NCBI GenBank assembly: GCA_964016885.1
Contig: OZ024740.1
Span: 325,624,001-325,688,000 of the forward strand
DNA length: 64,000 nt
Reading direction: 5' to 3'
From: Eledone cirrhosa
Taxonomy: Eukaryota
Of the stretch, positions 24,590 to 39,814 are shown in pieces. The notes beneath the pieces are model-generated. The model made no database searches. It was not told where the DNA came from and saw nothing but the letters and a program-made list of their open reading frames with translations. Every line of letters starts with the position of its first letter. The stretch's first letter is position 1. A program made the position numbers and the translations under genes.

Positions 24590-25552
24590 TTTTTATTGTG
24601 TTTTTGTTTTTTTTGTATTATACTTATATTTTACCTCTCAAATTTATACTTTACTTGTTAATATATTTATCAGCGTGACATTCAGTCTAAGTTTAAAATA
24701 TTATATACAAAAACACGTGGTGCCTGTTGTATATATAACAACTGCTTTTATATATTAAAATATTATATACACAAAAGATATGGTGGTTGGTTTATAGTGC
24801 AGCCTGTTGTATATTAAGCCATTATACACTCATGACATTTTTCTTTTGTTTTTTTTTGTATTATTCTTATATTTTGCCTCTCAAATATATACTTTTCTCG
24901 TTAATTTATTAATCAGCGTGAAATTCAGTCTTAATTTAATATTATATTGAAAGATATGTGATAACTGTTGTATATATAATAGCTAGTTATATATCTTAAA
25001 ATATTATATACACAAAAGATACTAGCCATACTAAACTTATATATACAGAATAACCAGCTAACGTTCATTTGTATTGTATTGATCTTACTAAGTAGACTGA
25101 TCGTTGTCTACTTACAACTGTAGAATGTTCCTGATGTCTTAAGTGTTAATTTGTTTAAAGACATTAAGTTTAATAAATAAACGCTTTTTTTAAAACGACT
25201 ATATAGCTTTACCCAAACATTTTATTGAAACTAAGACCGAGATTATGAATTGGTCTAATGCTGGTCAGTTTTAACTAAGAAAAAGAAGACTAAGAAACCT
25301 CAGGCTGAAAACCAAGACATTTTATGACACCTAATACAAGTCAGTCCTTACTATGACGAAGACGTCGTAACACACCCAATACTGGTCAGTCATTTCTAAG
25401 ACCAAGACGTCGTAAGAAACAGGCTCAATGTGTAAAACTAGAATTTAATTTATATCTATTCTACACCATACAGTATATTGTCAGTTTTACACACTGTCAG
25501 TAGTTGATTTTTATGTTCATAACTCTTCAAAATATAACGTTATGCATCTGTT

Positions 25553-25665
25553 GTCAGGATGGCCGAGCGGTCTAAGGCGCCAGACTCAAGGTGTAATACC
25601 TTAACCAGAACATTGAGTATTCTGGTCCACTAATGTGGGCGTGGGTTCGAATCCCACTTCTGACA
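25553..25665 (+). tRNA. tRNA-Leu-CAA: tRNA-Leu(CAA), intron-containing, intact
   Basis: Consensus exons and intron. Confidence 0.95.
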
Positions 25666-26985
25666 ATCTTTTATTTTATGTAATTCTTATATATTTCTCA
25701 ACATATTTTACCTCTTAAATATTTACGTATCTTGTTTATATATTTATGAGAGTGAAGTTCAGTCTTACTATAGAATTTTATGTACAAAAACATGTGATAA
25801 CTCTTCTATATATAATAACTAGTTTATAAATGAACATATATACATTGGGTATGTGACAGCTAGTGTATATTGCAGTCAATTTTATATTAGGCTATTACAC
25901 ACACATAAGTAATTGATGTTCATATAGCATATATATGTATTTACATATATGTAGAGAATGTGGTGCTCTAATATACAAAACACCTGTATAAGAGTATCAG
26001 TTGTATTTTAAACTGTTATACACGCAGGACATGTGGTGGTTGTTATATATACACCAGTCAAATATATATATTACACTGTTATACACAGGACATGTGGTGG
26101 TTGTTATATATACAACAGCCGAATGTATATATTACACTGCTATACACACAGGTCATGTGGTTGTATTGATGTCATTGAAAAAGTAAAACTATAAGTTGAA
26201 TTAGTAAAACACACTTCTAAAACTACTATATCGCTTTTGCTAAATATTTTATTCACACAGGAATGAGTGTTTCTTTGTGTGTGCGTGGGTGTGTGTGTGT
26301 TTGTGTGTGTATGTTGTTGTTGTTTCTCTTGCAATTATTAGTTTTAAGACATGCGTGTCTTCAGTATTAGGTATTTAAGACATCTTGCCGATCAGCAGAA
26401 ACATTCCAAGATACATGGGACATCACATTATGTCTTATCCACATACCGACGAGTATTTTGTCTATAATAATTCAGAATGATTTATTAGTTGAGAAAATAC
26501 TTATAATTAATTATGGTTGATAATTATTTAAAAAATATGAAAGTAAATTATTGTTATTGGTTGAAATAATTAGTTGATTTATATGACTAAAACTAAGACC
26601 GAGTCTTTCAATTAATCTAATGCGAGTGAGTTTTAATCAAGACATCCAAACATTTTATTGAATCTAACACCGAGATTATGAATTGGTCTAATGCTGGTCA
26701 GTTTTAACTAAGACAAAGAAGGCTAAGAAACCTCAGGCTGAAAACCAAGACATTTTATGACACCTAGTACAAGTCAGTCCTTACTATGACGAAGACGTCG
26801 TAACACACCCAATACTGGTCAGTCATTTCTAAGACCAAGACGTCGTAAGAAACAGGCTCAATGTGTAAAACTAGAATTTAATTTATATCTATTCTACACC
26901 ATACAGTATATTGTCAGTTTTACACACTGTCTGTAGTTGATTTTTATGTTCATAACTCTTCAAAATATAACGTTATGCATCAATT

Positions 26986-27098
26986 GTCAGGATGGCCGAG
27001 CGGTCTAAGGCGCCAGACTCAAGGTGTAGTACCTTAACCAGAACATTGAGTATTCTGGTCCACTAATGTGGGCGTGGGTTCGAATCCCACTTCTGACA
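26986..27098 (+). tRNA. tRNA-Leu-CAA: tRNA-Leu(CAA), intron-containing, intact
   Basis: Consensus exons. Confidence 0.95.
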
Positions 27099-27922
27099 AT
27101 CTTTTATTTTCTGTAATTCTTATATATTTCTCAACATATTTTACCACTTAAATATATACGAATCTTGTTTATATATTTATCAGAGTGATGTTCAGTCTTC
27201 CTATAAAATGTTATGTACAAAAATATGTGATAACTCTTGTATAAATAACTAGTTTTATAAATGAACATATATACATTGGGTATGTGACATCTAGTGTATA
27301 GTGCAGCCAATTGTATATTAGGCTATTATACACACATGACATGTAATTGATGTTCATTTACCATATATATATATATATACATATACGTAGAGGATGTGGT
27401 ACTCTAATATACAAAGCATTTGTAGTAGCTGGTGTATATAAGAGTACCAGTTGTATTTTCAACTGTGGTTGTTGGACATGTGGTGGTTGGTGTTTATAAA
27501 ACAGCCGAATGTATATATTACACTACTATACACACCGATCATGCGGTTGTTGGTGTATATTATAACCAGCTATTTATAGTTATAAATTATATTAATATAA
27601 ATCAATTAGTTATGTCAACCAATTACAATACATTTTAATCATTATCAACGAAAATTAATTATTAATGTGTTCTCTTATTAATAAATCATTCTAAATTAAC
27701 ATGCACAACATACCTGTTGATACGTGGATAAGACATAATCTGATGTCCCATGTACGTTGTAATTTTTTTACTAAGACAAAGACCTCGTAAGACTCAAGGT
27801 GTAAACCAATAATATAATTTATATGTATTCTACACCAAACAGTATATTATCAACTTTTACACATTGCCAGTAGTTCACGCCGATCTCTATAAGTTTGTGA
27901 AAAATTTCATTGTAAACCAGTT

Positions 27923-28034
27923 GTCAAGATGGCCGAGCGATCTAACCGCCAGATGCAACGTGTAACACCGTCACCAGAACATTGAGTATTCTGGTCCACT
28001 AATGTGGGCGTAGGTTCGAAATCCCACTTCTGAG
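27923..28034 (+). pseudogene. tRNA-Leu pseudogene class C
   Basis: Class-C diagnostics. Confidence 0.88.
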
Positions 28035-28218
28035 TTGTTGTTGTTTTTTTTTTGGGGGGGGGGGTATCTTTCATTATTTGTTTCTGTTTTTCTATCATAT
28101 ATTTAAGGCAATCGATTTCGCAGCCATTAAAGCGTTGGATATTTCTTCAATGTTTGTGTCGTCTCATGCCAGTAGTTGATGTTCATAAGACTTTCAAATA
28201 TTCCGTTGCACGTCAATC

Positions 28219-28328
28219 GTCAGGATGGTCGAGCGGTCTAAGGCGCCGGCCTCAAGGTTTAACACCTTAACCAGAACATTGAGTGTTGTTGTCCACTAAA
28301 TTGGACGTTGGTTCGAATCCCACTTCTG
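28219..28328 (+). pseudogene. tRNA-Leu pseudogene class D
   Basis: Class-D diagnostics. Confidence 0.88.
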
Positions 28329-29291
28329 TTTTTATTGTGTTTTTGTTTTTTTTGTATTATACTTATATTTTACCTCTCAAATATATACTTTACTTGTTAA
28401 TATATTTATCAGCGTGACATTCAGTCTAAGTTTAAAATATTATATACAAAAACACGTGGTGCCTGTTGTATATATAACAACTGCTTTTATATATTAAAAT
28501 ATTATATACACAAAAGATATGGTGGTTGGTTTATAGTGCAGCCTGTTGTATATTAAGCCATTATACACTCATGACATTTTTCTTTTGTTTTTTTTTGTAT
28601 TATTCTTATATTTTGCCTCTCAAATATATACTTTTCTCGTTAATTTATTAATCAGCGTGAAATTCAGTCTTAGTTTAATATTATATTGAAAGATATGTGA
28701 TAACTGTTGTATATATAATAGCTAGTTATATATCTTAAAATATTATATACACAGAAGATACTAGCCATACTAAACTTATATATACAGAATAACCAGCTAA
28801 CGTTCATTTGTATTGTATTGATCTTACTAAGTAGACTGATCGTTGTCTACTTACAACTGTAGAATGTTCCTGATGTCTTAAGTGTTAATTTTTTTAAAGA
28901 CATTAAGTTTAATAAATAAACGCTTTTTTTAAAACGACTATATAGCTTTACCCAAACATTTTATTGAAACTAAGACCGAGATTATGAATTAGTCTAAAGC
29001 TGGTCAGTTTTAACTAAGAAAAAGAAGACTAAGAAACCTCAGGCTGAGAACCAAGACATTTTATGACACCTAATACAAGTCAGTCCCTACTATGACGAAG
29101 ACGTCGTAACACACCCAATACTGGTCAGTCATTTCTAAGAGCAAAACATCGTAAGAAACAGGCTCAATGTGTAAAACTAGAATTTAATTTATATCTATTC
29201 TACACCATACAGTATATTGTCAGTTTTACACACTGTCTGTAGTTGATTTTTATGTTCATAACTCTTCAAAATATAACGTTATGCATCAGTT

Positions 29292-29404
29292 GTCAGGATG
29301 GCCGAGCGGTCTAAGGCGCCAGACTCAAGGTGTAATACTTTAACCAGAGCATTGAGTATTCTGGTCCACTAATGTGGGCGTGGGTTCGAATCCCACTTCT
29401 GACA
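29292..29404 (+). tRNA. tRNA-Leu-CAA: tRNA-Leu(CAA), intron-containing, intact
   Basis: Consensus exons; intron variant tactttaaccagagc. Confidence 0.95.
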
Positions 29405-30740
29405 ATCTTTTATTTTATGTAATTCTTATATATTTCTCAACATATTTTACCTCTTAAATATTTACGTATCTTGTTTATATATCTATCAGAGTGAAGTTCA
29501 TTCTTACTATAAAATGTTATGTACAAAAACATGTGATAACTCTTCTATATATAATAACTAGTTTATAAATGAACATATATACATTGGGTATGTGACAGCT
29601 AGTGTATATTGCAGTCAATTGTATATTAGGCTATTATACACACATAAGTAATTGATGTTCATATAGCATATATATGTATGTACATATATGTAGAGGATGT
29701 GGTGCTCTAATATACAAAACACCTGTATAAGTGTACCAGTTGTATTTTAAACTGTTATACACGCAGGACATGTGGTGGTTGTTATATATACAACAGTCAA
29801 ATATATATATTACACTGTTATACACAGGACATGTGGTGGTTGTTATATATACAACAGCCGAATATATATATTACACTGCTATACACACAGGTCATGTGGT
29901 TGTATTGATGTCATTGAAAAAGTAAAACTATAAGTTGAATTAGTAAAACACACTTCTAAAACTACTATATCGCTTTTGCTAAATATTTTATTCACACAGG
30001 AATGAGTGTTTCTAGGAATGAGTGTTTCTTTGTGTGTGCGTGGGTGTGTGTGTGTTTGTGTGTGTATGTTGTTGTTGTTTCTCTTGCAATTATTAGTTTT
30101 AAGACATGCGTGTCTTCAGTATTAGGTATTTAAAACATCTTGCCGATCAGCAGAAACATTCCAAGATACATGGGACATCACATTATGTCTTATCCACATA
30201 CCGACGAGTATTTTGTCTATAATAATTCAGAATGATTTATTAGTTGAGAAAATACTTATAATTAATTATGGTTGATAATTATTTAAAAAATATGAAAGTA
30301 AATTATTGTTATTGGTTGAAATAATTAGTTGATTTATATGACTAAAACTAAGACCGAGTCTTTCAATTAATCTAATGGGAGTGAGTTTTAATCAAGACAC
30401 CCAAACATTTTATTGAATCTAACACCGAGATTATGAATTGGTCTAATGATGGTCAGTTTTAACTAAGACAAAGAAGGCTAAGAAACCTCAGGCTGAAAAC
30501 CAAGACGTTTTATGACACCTAATACAAGTCAGTCCCTACTATGACGAAGACGTCGTAACACACCCAATACTGGTCAGTCATTTCTAAGACCAAGACGTCG
30601 TAAGAAACAGGCTCAATGTGTAAAACTAGAATTTAATTTATATCTATTCTACACCATACAGTATATTGTCAGTTTTACACACTGTCAGTAGTTGATTTTT
30701 ATGTTCATAACTCTTCAAAATATAACGTTATGCATCAGTT

Positions 30741-30853
30741 GTCAGGATGGCCGAGCGGTCTAAGGCGCCAGACTCAAGGTGTAATACCTTAACCAGAACA
30801 TTGAGTATTCTGGTCCACTAATGTGGGCGTGGGTTCGAATCCCACTTCTGACA
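30741..30853 (+). tRNA. tRNA-Leu-CAA: tRNA-Leu(CAA), intron-containing, intact
   Basis: Consensus exons and intron; shortened terminator atattttc. Confidence 0.95.
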
Positions 30854-31677
30854 ATATTTTCTGTAATTCTTATATATTTCTCAACATATTTTACCTCTTA
30901 AATATTTACGTATCTTGTTTATATATTTATCAGAGTGATGTTCAGTCTTACTATAAAATGTTATGTACAAAAATATGTGATAACTCTTCTATATATAATA
31001 ACTAGTTTTATAAATGAACATATATACATTGGGTATGTGACATCTAGTGTATAGTGCAGCCAATTGTATATTAGGCTATTATACACACATGACATGTAAT
31101 TGATGTTCATTTACCATATATATATATATATATATATATACGTAGAGGATGTGGTACTCTAATATATAAAGCATTTGTAGTAGCTGGTGTATATAAGAGT
31201 ACCAGTTGTATTTTCAACTGTGGTTGTTGGACATGTGGTGGTTGGTGTTTATAAAACAGCCGAATGTATATATTACACTACTATACACACCGATCATGTG
31301 GTTGTTGGTGTATATTATAACCAGATATTTATAGTTATAAATTATATTAATATAAATCAATTAGTTATGTCAACCAATTACAATACATTTTAATCATTAT
31401 CAACGAAAATGAATTATTAATGTGTTCTCTTATTAATAAATCATTCTAAATTAACATGCACAACATACCTGTTGATACGTGGATAAGACATAATCTGATG
31501 TCCCATGTACGTTGTAATGTTTTTACGAAGACAAAGACCTCGTAAGACTCAAGGTGTAAACCAATAATATAAGTTATATGTATTCTACACCAAACAGTAT
31601 ATTATCAACTTTTACACATTGCCAGTAGTTCACGCCGATCTCTATAAGTTTGTGAAAAATTTCATTGTAAACCAGTT

Positions 31678-31789
31678 GTCAAGATGGCCGAGCGATCTAA
31701 CCGCCAGATGCAACGTGTAACACCGTCACCAGAACATTGAGTATTCTGGTCCACTAATGTGGGCGTAGGTTCGAAATCCCACTTTTGAG
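31678..31789 (+). pseudogene. tRNA-Leu pseudogene class C
   Basis: Class-C diagnostics. Confidence 0.88.
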
Positions 31790-31953
31790 GGGGGGGGGGT
31801 ATCTTTCTTTATTTGTTTCTGCTTTTCTATCATATATTTAAGGCAATCGATTTCGCAGCCATTAAAGCGTTGGATATTTCTTCAATGTTTCTGTCGTCTC
31901 ATGCCAGTAGTTGATGTTCATAAGACTTTCAAATATTCCGTTGCACGTCAATC

Positions 31954-32063
31954 GTCAGGATGGTCGAGCGGTCTAAGGCGCCGGCCTCAAGGTTTAACAC
32001 CTTAACCAGAACATTGAGTGTTGTTGTCCACTAAATTGGACGTTGGTTCGAATCCCACTTCTG
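31954..32063 (+). pseudogene. tRNA-Leu pseudogene class D
   Basis: Class-D diagnostics. Confidence 0.88.
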
Positions 32064-33026
32064 TTTTTATTGTGTTTTTGTTTTTTTTGTATTATACTTA
32101 TATTTTACCTCTCAAATATATACTTTACTTGTTAATATATTTATCAGCGTGACATTCAGTCTAAGTTTAAAATATTATATACAAAAACACGTGGTGCCTG
32201 TTGTATATATAACAACTGCTTTTATATATTAAAATATTATATACACAAAAGATATGGTGGTTGGTTTATAGTGCAGCCTGTTGTATATTAAGCCATTATA
32301 CACTCATGACATTTTTCTTTTGTTTTTTTTTGTATTATTCTTATATTTTGCCTCTCAAATATATACTTTTCTCGTTAATTTATTAATCAGCGTGAAATTC
32401 AGTCTTAGTTTAATATTATATTGAAAGATATGTGATAACTGTTGTATATATAATAGCTAGTTATATATCTTAAAATATTATATACACAGAAGATACTAGC
32501 CATACTAAACTTATATATACAGAATAACCAGCTAACGTTCATTTGTATTGTATTGATCTTACTAAGTAGACTGATCGTTGTCTACTTACAACTGTAGAAT
32601 GTTCCTGATGTCTTAAGTGTTAATTTTTTTAAAGACATTAAGTTTAATAAATAAACGCTTTTTTTAAAACGACTATATAGCTTTACCCAAACATTTTATT
32701 GAAACTAAGACCGAGATTATGAATTAGTCTAAAGCTGGTCAGTTTTAACTAAGAAAAAGAAGACTAAGAAACCTCAGGCTGAGAACCAAGACATTTTATG
32801 ACACCTAATACAAGTCAGTCCTTACTATGACGAAGACGTCGTAACACACCCAATACTGGTCAGTCATTTCTAAGAGCAAAACATCGTAAGAAACAGGCTC
32901 AATGTGTAAAACTAGAATTTAATTTATATCTATTCTACAGCATACAGTATATTGTCAGTTTTACACACTGTCAGTAGTTGATTTTTATGTTCATAACTCT
33001 TCAAAATATAACGTTATGCATCAGTT

Positions 33027-33139
33027 GTCAGGATGGCCGAGCGGTCTAAGGCGCCAGACTCAAGGTGTAATACTTTAACCAGAGCATTGAGTATTCTGGT
33101 CCACTAATGTGGGCGTGGGTTCGAATCCCACTTCTGACA
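33027..33139 (+). tRNA. tRNA-Leu-CAA: tRNA-Leu(CAA), intron-containing, intact
   Basis: Consensus exons; same intron variant as 29292. Confidence 0.95.
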
Positions 33140-34475
33140 ATCTTTTATTTTATGTAATTCTTATATATTTCTCAACATATTTTACCTCTTAAATATTTAC
33201 GTATCTTGTTTATATATCTATCAGAGTGAAGTTCATTCTTACTATAAAATGTTATGTACAAAAACATGTGATAACTCTTCTATATATAATAACTAGTTTA
33301 TAAATGAACATATATACATTGGGTATGTGACAGCTAGTGTATATTGCAGTCAATTGTATATTAGGCTATTATACACACATAAGTAATTGATGTTCATATA
33401 GCATATATATGTATGTACATATATGTAGAGGATGTGGTGCTCTAATATACAAAACACCTGTATAAGTGTACCAGTTGTATTTTAAACTGTTATACACGCA
33501 GGACATGTGGTGGTTGTTATATATACAACAGTCAAATATATATATTACACTGTTATACACAGGACATGTGGTGGTTGTTATATATACAACAGCCGAATAT
33601 ATATATTACACTGCTATACACACAGGTCATGTGGTTGTATTGATGTCATTGAAAAAGTAAAACTATAAGTTGAATTAGTAAAACACACTTCTAAAACTAC
33701 TATATCGCTTTTGCTAAATATTTTATTCACACAGGAATGAGTGTTTCTAGGAATGAGTGTTTCTTTGTGTGTGCGTGGGTGTGTGTGTGTTTGTGTGTGT
33801 ATGTTGTTGTTGTTTCTCTTGCAATTATTAGTTTTAAGACATGCGTGTCTTCAGTATTAGGTATTTAAAACATCTTGCCGATCAGCAGAAACATTCCAAG
33901 ATACATGGGACATCACATTATGTCTTATCCACATACCGACGAGTATTTTGTCTATAATAATTCAGAATGATTTATTAGTTGAGAAAATACTTATAATTAA
34001 TTATGGTTGATAATTATTTAAAAAATATGAAAGTAAATTATTGTTATTGGTTGAAATAATTAGTTGATTTATATGACTAAAACTAAGACCGAGTCTTTCA
34101 ATTAATCTAATGGGAGTGAGTTTTAATCAAGACACCCAAACATTTTATTGAATCTAACACCGAGATTATGAATTGGTCTAATGATGGTCAGTTTTAACTA
34201 AGACAAAGAAGGCTAAGAAACCTCAGGCTGAAAACCAAGACGTTTTATGACACCTAATACAAGTCAGTCCCTACTATGACGAAGACGTCGTAACACACCC
34301 AATACTGGTCAGTCATTTCTAAGACCAAGACGTCGTAAGAAACAGGCTCAATGTGTAAAACTAGAATTTAATTTATATCTATTCTACACCATACAGTATA
34401 TTGTCAGTTTTACACACTGTCAGTAGTTGATTTTTATGTTCATAACTCTTCAAAATATAACGTTATGCATCAGTT

Positions 34476-34588
34476 GTCAGGATGGCCGAGCGGTCTAAGG
34501 CGCCAGACTCAAGGTGTAATACCTTAACCAGAACATTGAGTATTCTGGTCCACTAATGTGGGCGTGGGTTCGAATCCCACTTCTGACA
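34476..34588 (+). tRNA. tRNA-Leu-CAA: tRNA-Leu(CAA), intron-containing, intact
   Basis: Consensus exons and intron. Confidence 0.95.
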
Positions 34589-35414
34589 ATATTTTCTGTA
34601 ATTCTTATATATTTCTCAACATATTTTACCTCTTAAATATTTACGTATCTTGTTTATATATTTATCAGAGTGATGTTCAGTCTTACTATAAAATGTTATG
34701 TACAAAAATATGTGATAACTCTTCTATATATAATAACTAGTTTTATAAATGAACATATATACATTGGGTATGTGACATCTAGTGTATAGTGCAGCCAATT
34801 GTATATTAGGCTATTATACACACATGACATGTAATTGATGTTCATTTACCATATATATATATATATATATACATATACGTAGAGGATGTGGTACTCTAAT
34901 ATACAAAGCATTTGTAGTAGCTGGTGTATATAAGAGTACCAGTTGTATTTTCAACTGTGGTTGTTGGACATGTGGTGGTTGGTGTTTATAAAACAGCCGA
35001 ATGTATATATTACACTACTATACACACCGATCATGTGGTTGTTGGTGTATATTATAACCAGATATTTATAGTTATAAATTATATTAATATAAATCAATTA
35101 GTTATGTCAACCAATTACAATACATTTTAATCATTATCAACGAAAATTAATTATTAATGTGTTCTCTTATTAATAAATCATTCTAAATTAACATGCACAA
35201 CATACCTGTTGATACGTGGATAAGACATAATCTGATGTCCCATGTACGTTGTAATGTTTTTACGAAGACAAAGACCTCGTAAGACTCAAGGTGTAAACCA
35301 ATAATATAAGTTATATGTATTCTACACCAAACAGTATATTATCAACTTTTACACATTGCCAGTAGTTCACGCCGATCTCTATAAGTTTGTGAAAAATTTC
35401 ATTGTAAACCAGTT

Positions 35415-35526
35415 GTCAAGATGGCCGAGCGATCTAACCGCCAGATGCAACGTGTAACACCGTCACCAGAACATTGAGTATTCTGGTCCACTAATGTGGG
35501 CGTGGGTTCGAAATCCCACTTTTGAG
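35415..35526 (+). pseudogene. tRNA-Leu pseudogene class C
   Basis: Class-C diagnostics, but wild-type cgtgggttcg. Confidence 0.88.
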
Positions 35527-35692
35527 GGGGGGGGGGGGTATCTTTCTTTATTTGTTTCTGCTTTTCTATCATATATTTAAGGCAATCGATTTCGCAGCCA
35601 TTAAAGCGTTGGATATTTCTTCAATGTTTCTGTCGTCTCATGCCAGTAGTTGATGTTCATAAGACTTTCAAATATTCCGTTGCACGTCAATC

Positions 35693-35802
35693 GTCAGGAT
35701 GGTCAAGCGGTCTAAGGCGCCGGCCTCAAGGTTTAACACCTTAACCAGAACATTGAGTGTTGTTGTCCACTAAATTGGACGTTGGTTCGAATCCCACTTC
35801 TG
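35693..35802 (+). pseudogene. tRNA-Leu pseudogene class D
   Basis: Class-D diagnostics. Confidence 0.88.
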
Positions 35803-36765
35803 TTTTTATTGTGTTTTTGTTTTTTTTGTATTATACTTATATTTTACCTCTCAAATATATACTTTACTTGTTAATATATTTATCAGCGTGACATTCAGTC
35901 TAAGTTTAAAATATTATATACAAAAACACGTGGTGCCTGTTGTATATATAACAACTGCTTTTATATATTAAAATATTATATACACAAAAGATATGGTGGT
36001 TGGTTTATAGTGCAGCCTGTTGTATATTAAGCCATTATACACTCATGACATTTTTCTTTTGTTTTTTTTTGTATTATTCTTATATTTTGCCTCTCAAATA
36101 TATACTTTTCTCGTTAATTTATTAATCAGCGTGAAATTCAGTCTTAGTTTAATATTATATTGAAAGATATGTGATAACTGTTGTATATATAATAGCTAGT
36201 TATATATCTTAAAATATTATATACACAGAAGATACTAGCCATACTAAACTTATATATACAGAATAACCAGCTAACGTTCATTTGTATTGTATTGATCTTA
36301 CTAAGTAGACTGATCGTTGTCTACTTACAACTGTAGAATGTTCCTGATGTCTTAAGTGTTAATTTTTTTAAAGACATTAAGTTTAATTAATAAACGCTTT
36401 TTTTAAAACGACTATATAGCTTTACCCAAACATTTTATTGAAACTAAGACCGAGATTATGAATTAGTCTAAAGCTGGTCAGTTTTAACTAAGAAAAAGAA
36501 GACTAAGAAACCTCAGGCTGAGAACCAAGACATTTTATGACACCTAATACAAGTCAGTCCTTACTATGACGAAGACGTCGTAACACACCCAATACTGGTC
36601 AGTCATTTCTAAGAGCAAAACATCGTAAGAAACAGGCTCAATGTGTAAAACTAGAATTTAATTTATATCTATTCTACACCATACAGTATATTGTCAGTTT
36701 TACACACTGTCTGTAGTTGATTTTTATGTTCATAACTCTTCAAAATATAACGTTATGCATCAGTT

Positions 36766-36878
36766 GTCAGGATGGCCGAGCGGTCTAAGGCGCCAGACTC
36801 AAGGTGTAATACTTTAACCAGAGCATTGAGTATTCTGGTCCACTAATGTGGGCGTGGGTTCGAATCCCACTTCTGACA
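36766..36878 (+). tRNA. tRNA-Leu-CAA: tRNA-Leu(CAA), intron-containing, intact
   Basis: Consensus exons; same intron variant as 29292. Confidence 0.95.
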
Positions 36879-38153
36879 ATCTTTTATTTTATGTAATTCT
36901 TATATATTTCTCAACATATTTTACCTCTTAAATATTTACGTATCTTGTTTATATATCTATCAGAGTGAAGTTCATTCTTACTATAAAATGTTATGTACAA
37001 AAACATGTGATAACTCTTCTATATATAATAACTAGTTTATAAATGAACATATATACATTGGGTATGTGACAGCTAGTGTATATTGCAGTCAATTGTATAT
37101 TAGGCTATTATACACACATAAGTAATTGATGTTCATATAGCATATATATGTATGTACATATATGTAGAGGATGTGGTGCTCTAATATACAAAACACCTGT
37201 ATAAGAGTACCAGTTGTATTTTAAACTGTTATACACGCAGGACATGTGGTGGTTGTTATATATACAACAGTCAAATATATATATTACACTGCTATACACA
37301 CAGGTCATGTGGTTGTTTTGATGTCATTGAAAAAGTAAAACTATAAGTTGAATTAGTAAAACACACTTCTAAAACTACTATATCGCTTTTGCTAAATATT
37401 TTATTCACACAGGAATGAGTGTTTCTAGGAATGAGTGTTTCTTTGTGTGTGCGTGGGTGTGTGTGTGTTTGTGTGTGTATGTTGTTGTTGTTTCTCTTGC
37501 AATTATTAGTTTTAAGACATGCGTGTCTTCAGTATTAGGTATTTAAAACATCTTGCCGATCAGCAGAAACATTCCAAGATACATGGGACATCACATTATG
37601 TCTTATCCACATACCGACGAGTATTTTGTCTATAATAATTCAGAATGATTTATTAGTTGAGAAAATACTTATAATTAATTATGGTTGATAATTATTTAAA
37701 AAATATGAAAGTAAATTATTGTTATTGGTTGAAATAATTAGTTGATTTATATGACTAAAACTAAGACCGAGTCTTTCAATTAATCTAATGGGAGTGAGTT
37801 TTAATCAAGACACCCAAACATTTTATTGAATCTAACACCGAGATTATGAATTGGTCTAATGATGGTCAGTTTTAACTAAGACAAAGAAGGCTAAGAAACC
37901 TCAGGCTGAAAACCAAGACGTTTTATGACACCTAATACAAGTCAGTCCCTACTATGACGAAGACGTCGTAACACACCCAATACTGGTCAGTCATTTCTAA
38001 GACCAAGACGTCGTAAGAAACAGGCTCAATGTGTAAAACTAGAATTTAATTTATATCTATTCTACACCATACAGTATATTGTCAGTTTTACACACTGTCA
38101 GTAGTTGATTTTTATGTTCATAACTCTTCAAAATATAACGTTATGCATCAGTT

Positions 38154-38266
38154 GTCAGGATGGCCGAGCGGTCTAAGGCGCCAGACTCAAGGTGTAATAC
38201 CTTAACCAGAACATTGAGTATTCTGGTCCACTAATGTGGGCGTGGGTTCGAATCCCACTTCTGACA
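38154..38266 (+). tRNA. tRNA-Leu-CAA: tRNA-Leu(CAA), intron-containing, intact
   Basis: Consensus exons and intron. Confidence 0.95.
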
Positions 38267-38618
38267 ATCTTTTATTTTATGTAATTCTTATATATTTCTT
38301 AACATATTTTACCTCTTAAATATTTACGTATCTTGTTGATATATATCTATCAGAGTGAAGTTCAGTCTTACTATAAAATGTTATGTACAAAAACATGTGA
38401 TAACTCTTTTATATATAATAACTAGTTTATAAATGAACATATATACATTGGGTATGTGACAGCTAGTGTATATTGCAGTCAATTGTATATTAAACTATTA
38501 TACACACATAACAAGTAATTGATGTTCATATAGCATATATATGTATGTACATATACGTAGAGGATGTGGTGCTCTAATATACAAAACACCTGTATAAGAG
38601 TACCAGTAGTACTTTAAA

Positions 38619-39337
38619 CTGTTATACACACAGGACATGTGGTGGTTGTTATATATATACAACAGTCAAATATATATATTACACTGTTATACACACAGGA
38701 CATGTGGTGGTTGTTATATATACAACAGTCAAATATATATATTACACTGTTATACACACAGGACATGTGGTGGTTGTTATATATACAACAGTCAAATGTA
38801 TATATTACACTGCTATACACACATGACATGTGGTGGTTGTTATATATACAACAGCCGAATGTATATATTACACTGCTATACACACAGGTCATGTGGTGGT
38901 TGTTATATATACAACAGTCAAATGTATATATTACACTGCTATACACACATGACATGTGGTGGTTGTTATATATACAACAGTCAAATGTATATATTACACT
39001 GTTATACACACAGGACAGGTGGTGGTTGTTATATATACAACAGTCAAATGTATATATTACACTGTTATACACACAGGACATGTGGTGGTTGTTATATATA
39101 CAACAGTCAAATGTATATATTACACTGTTATACACAGGACATGTGGTGGTTGTTATATATACAACAGTCAAATGTATATATTACACTGTTATACACACAG
39201 GACATGTGGTGGTTGTTATATATACAACAGTCAAATGTATATATTACACTGTTATACACACAGGACAGGTGGTGGTTGTTATATATACAACAGTCAAATG
39301 TATATATTACACTGCTATACACACAGGTCATGTGGTT
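38619..39337. repeat. 63-bp minisatellite, about 11 copies
   Basis: Unit acacaggacatgtggtggttgttatatatacaacagtcaaatgtatatattacactgttatac; only 1-3 copies in other array units. Confidence 0.93.
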
Positions 39338-39444
39338 GTATTGATGTCATTGAAAAAGTAAAACAATAAGTTGAATTAGTAAAACACACTTCTAAAACTA
39401 CTATATCGCTTTTGCTAAATATTTTATTCACACAGGAATGAGTG

Positions 39445-39640
<196 letters not shown>

Positions 39641-39814
39641 TTGTTTCTCTTTCAATTATTAGTTTTAAGATGTCTTTGCCATCAGCAGAAACATTCCAAG
39701 ATACATGGGACATCACATTATGTCTTATCCACATACTGACAGGTATTTTGTGTATGATAATTCAGAATGATTTATTAGTTAGAGAAAATATTTATAATTA
39801 GTTATGGTTGATAA

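Noticed and set aside
11371-38266. CRISPR-like repeat/spacer reading of the array or its minisatellites
   Set aside because: Spacers are homologous rather than unique, there are no cas genes, and the context is eukaryotic.
10320-39369. Recurrent short ORFs (TQDMWWLLY..., MYIRVPVV..., MGGGGVSF...) as a peptide gene family
   Set aside because: They recur only because the DNA unit recurs; they are open in several frames and on both strands, are broken by indels, and have no splice or domain support.
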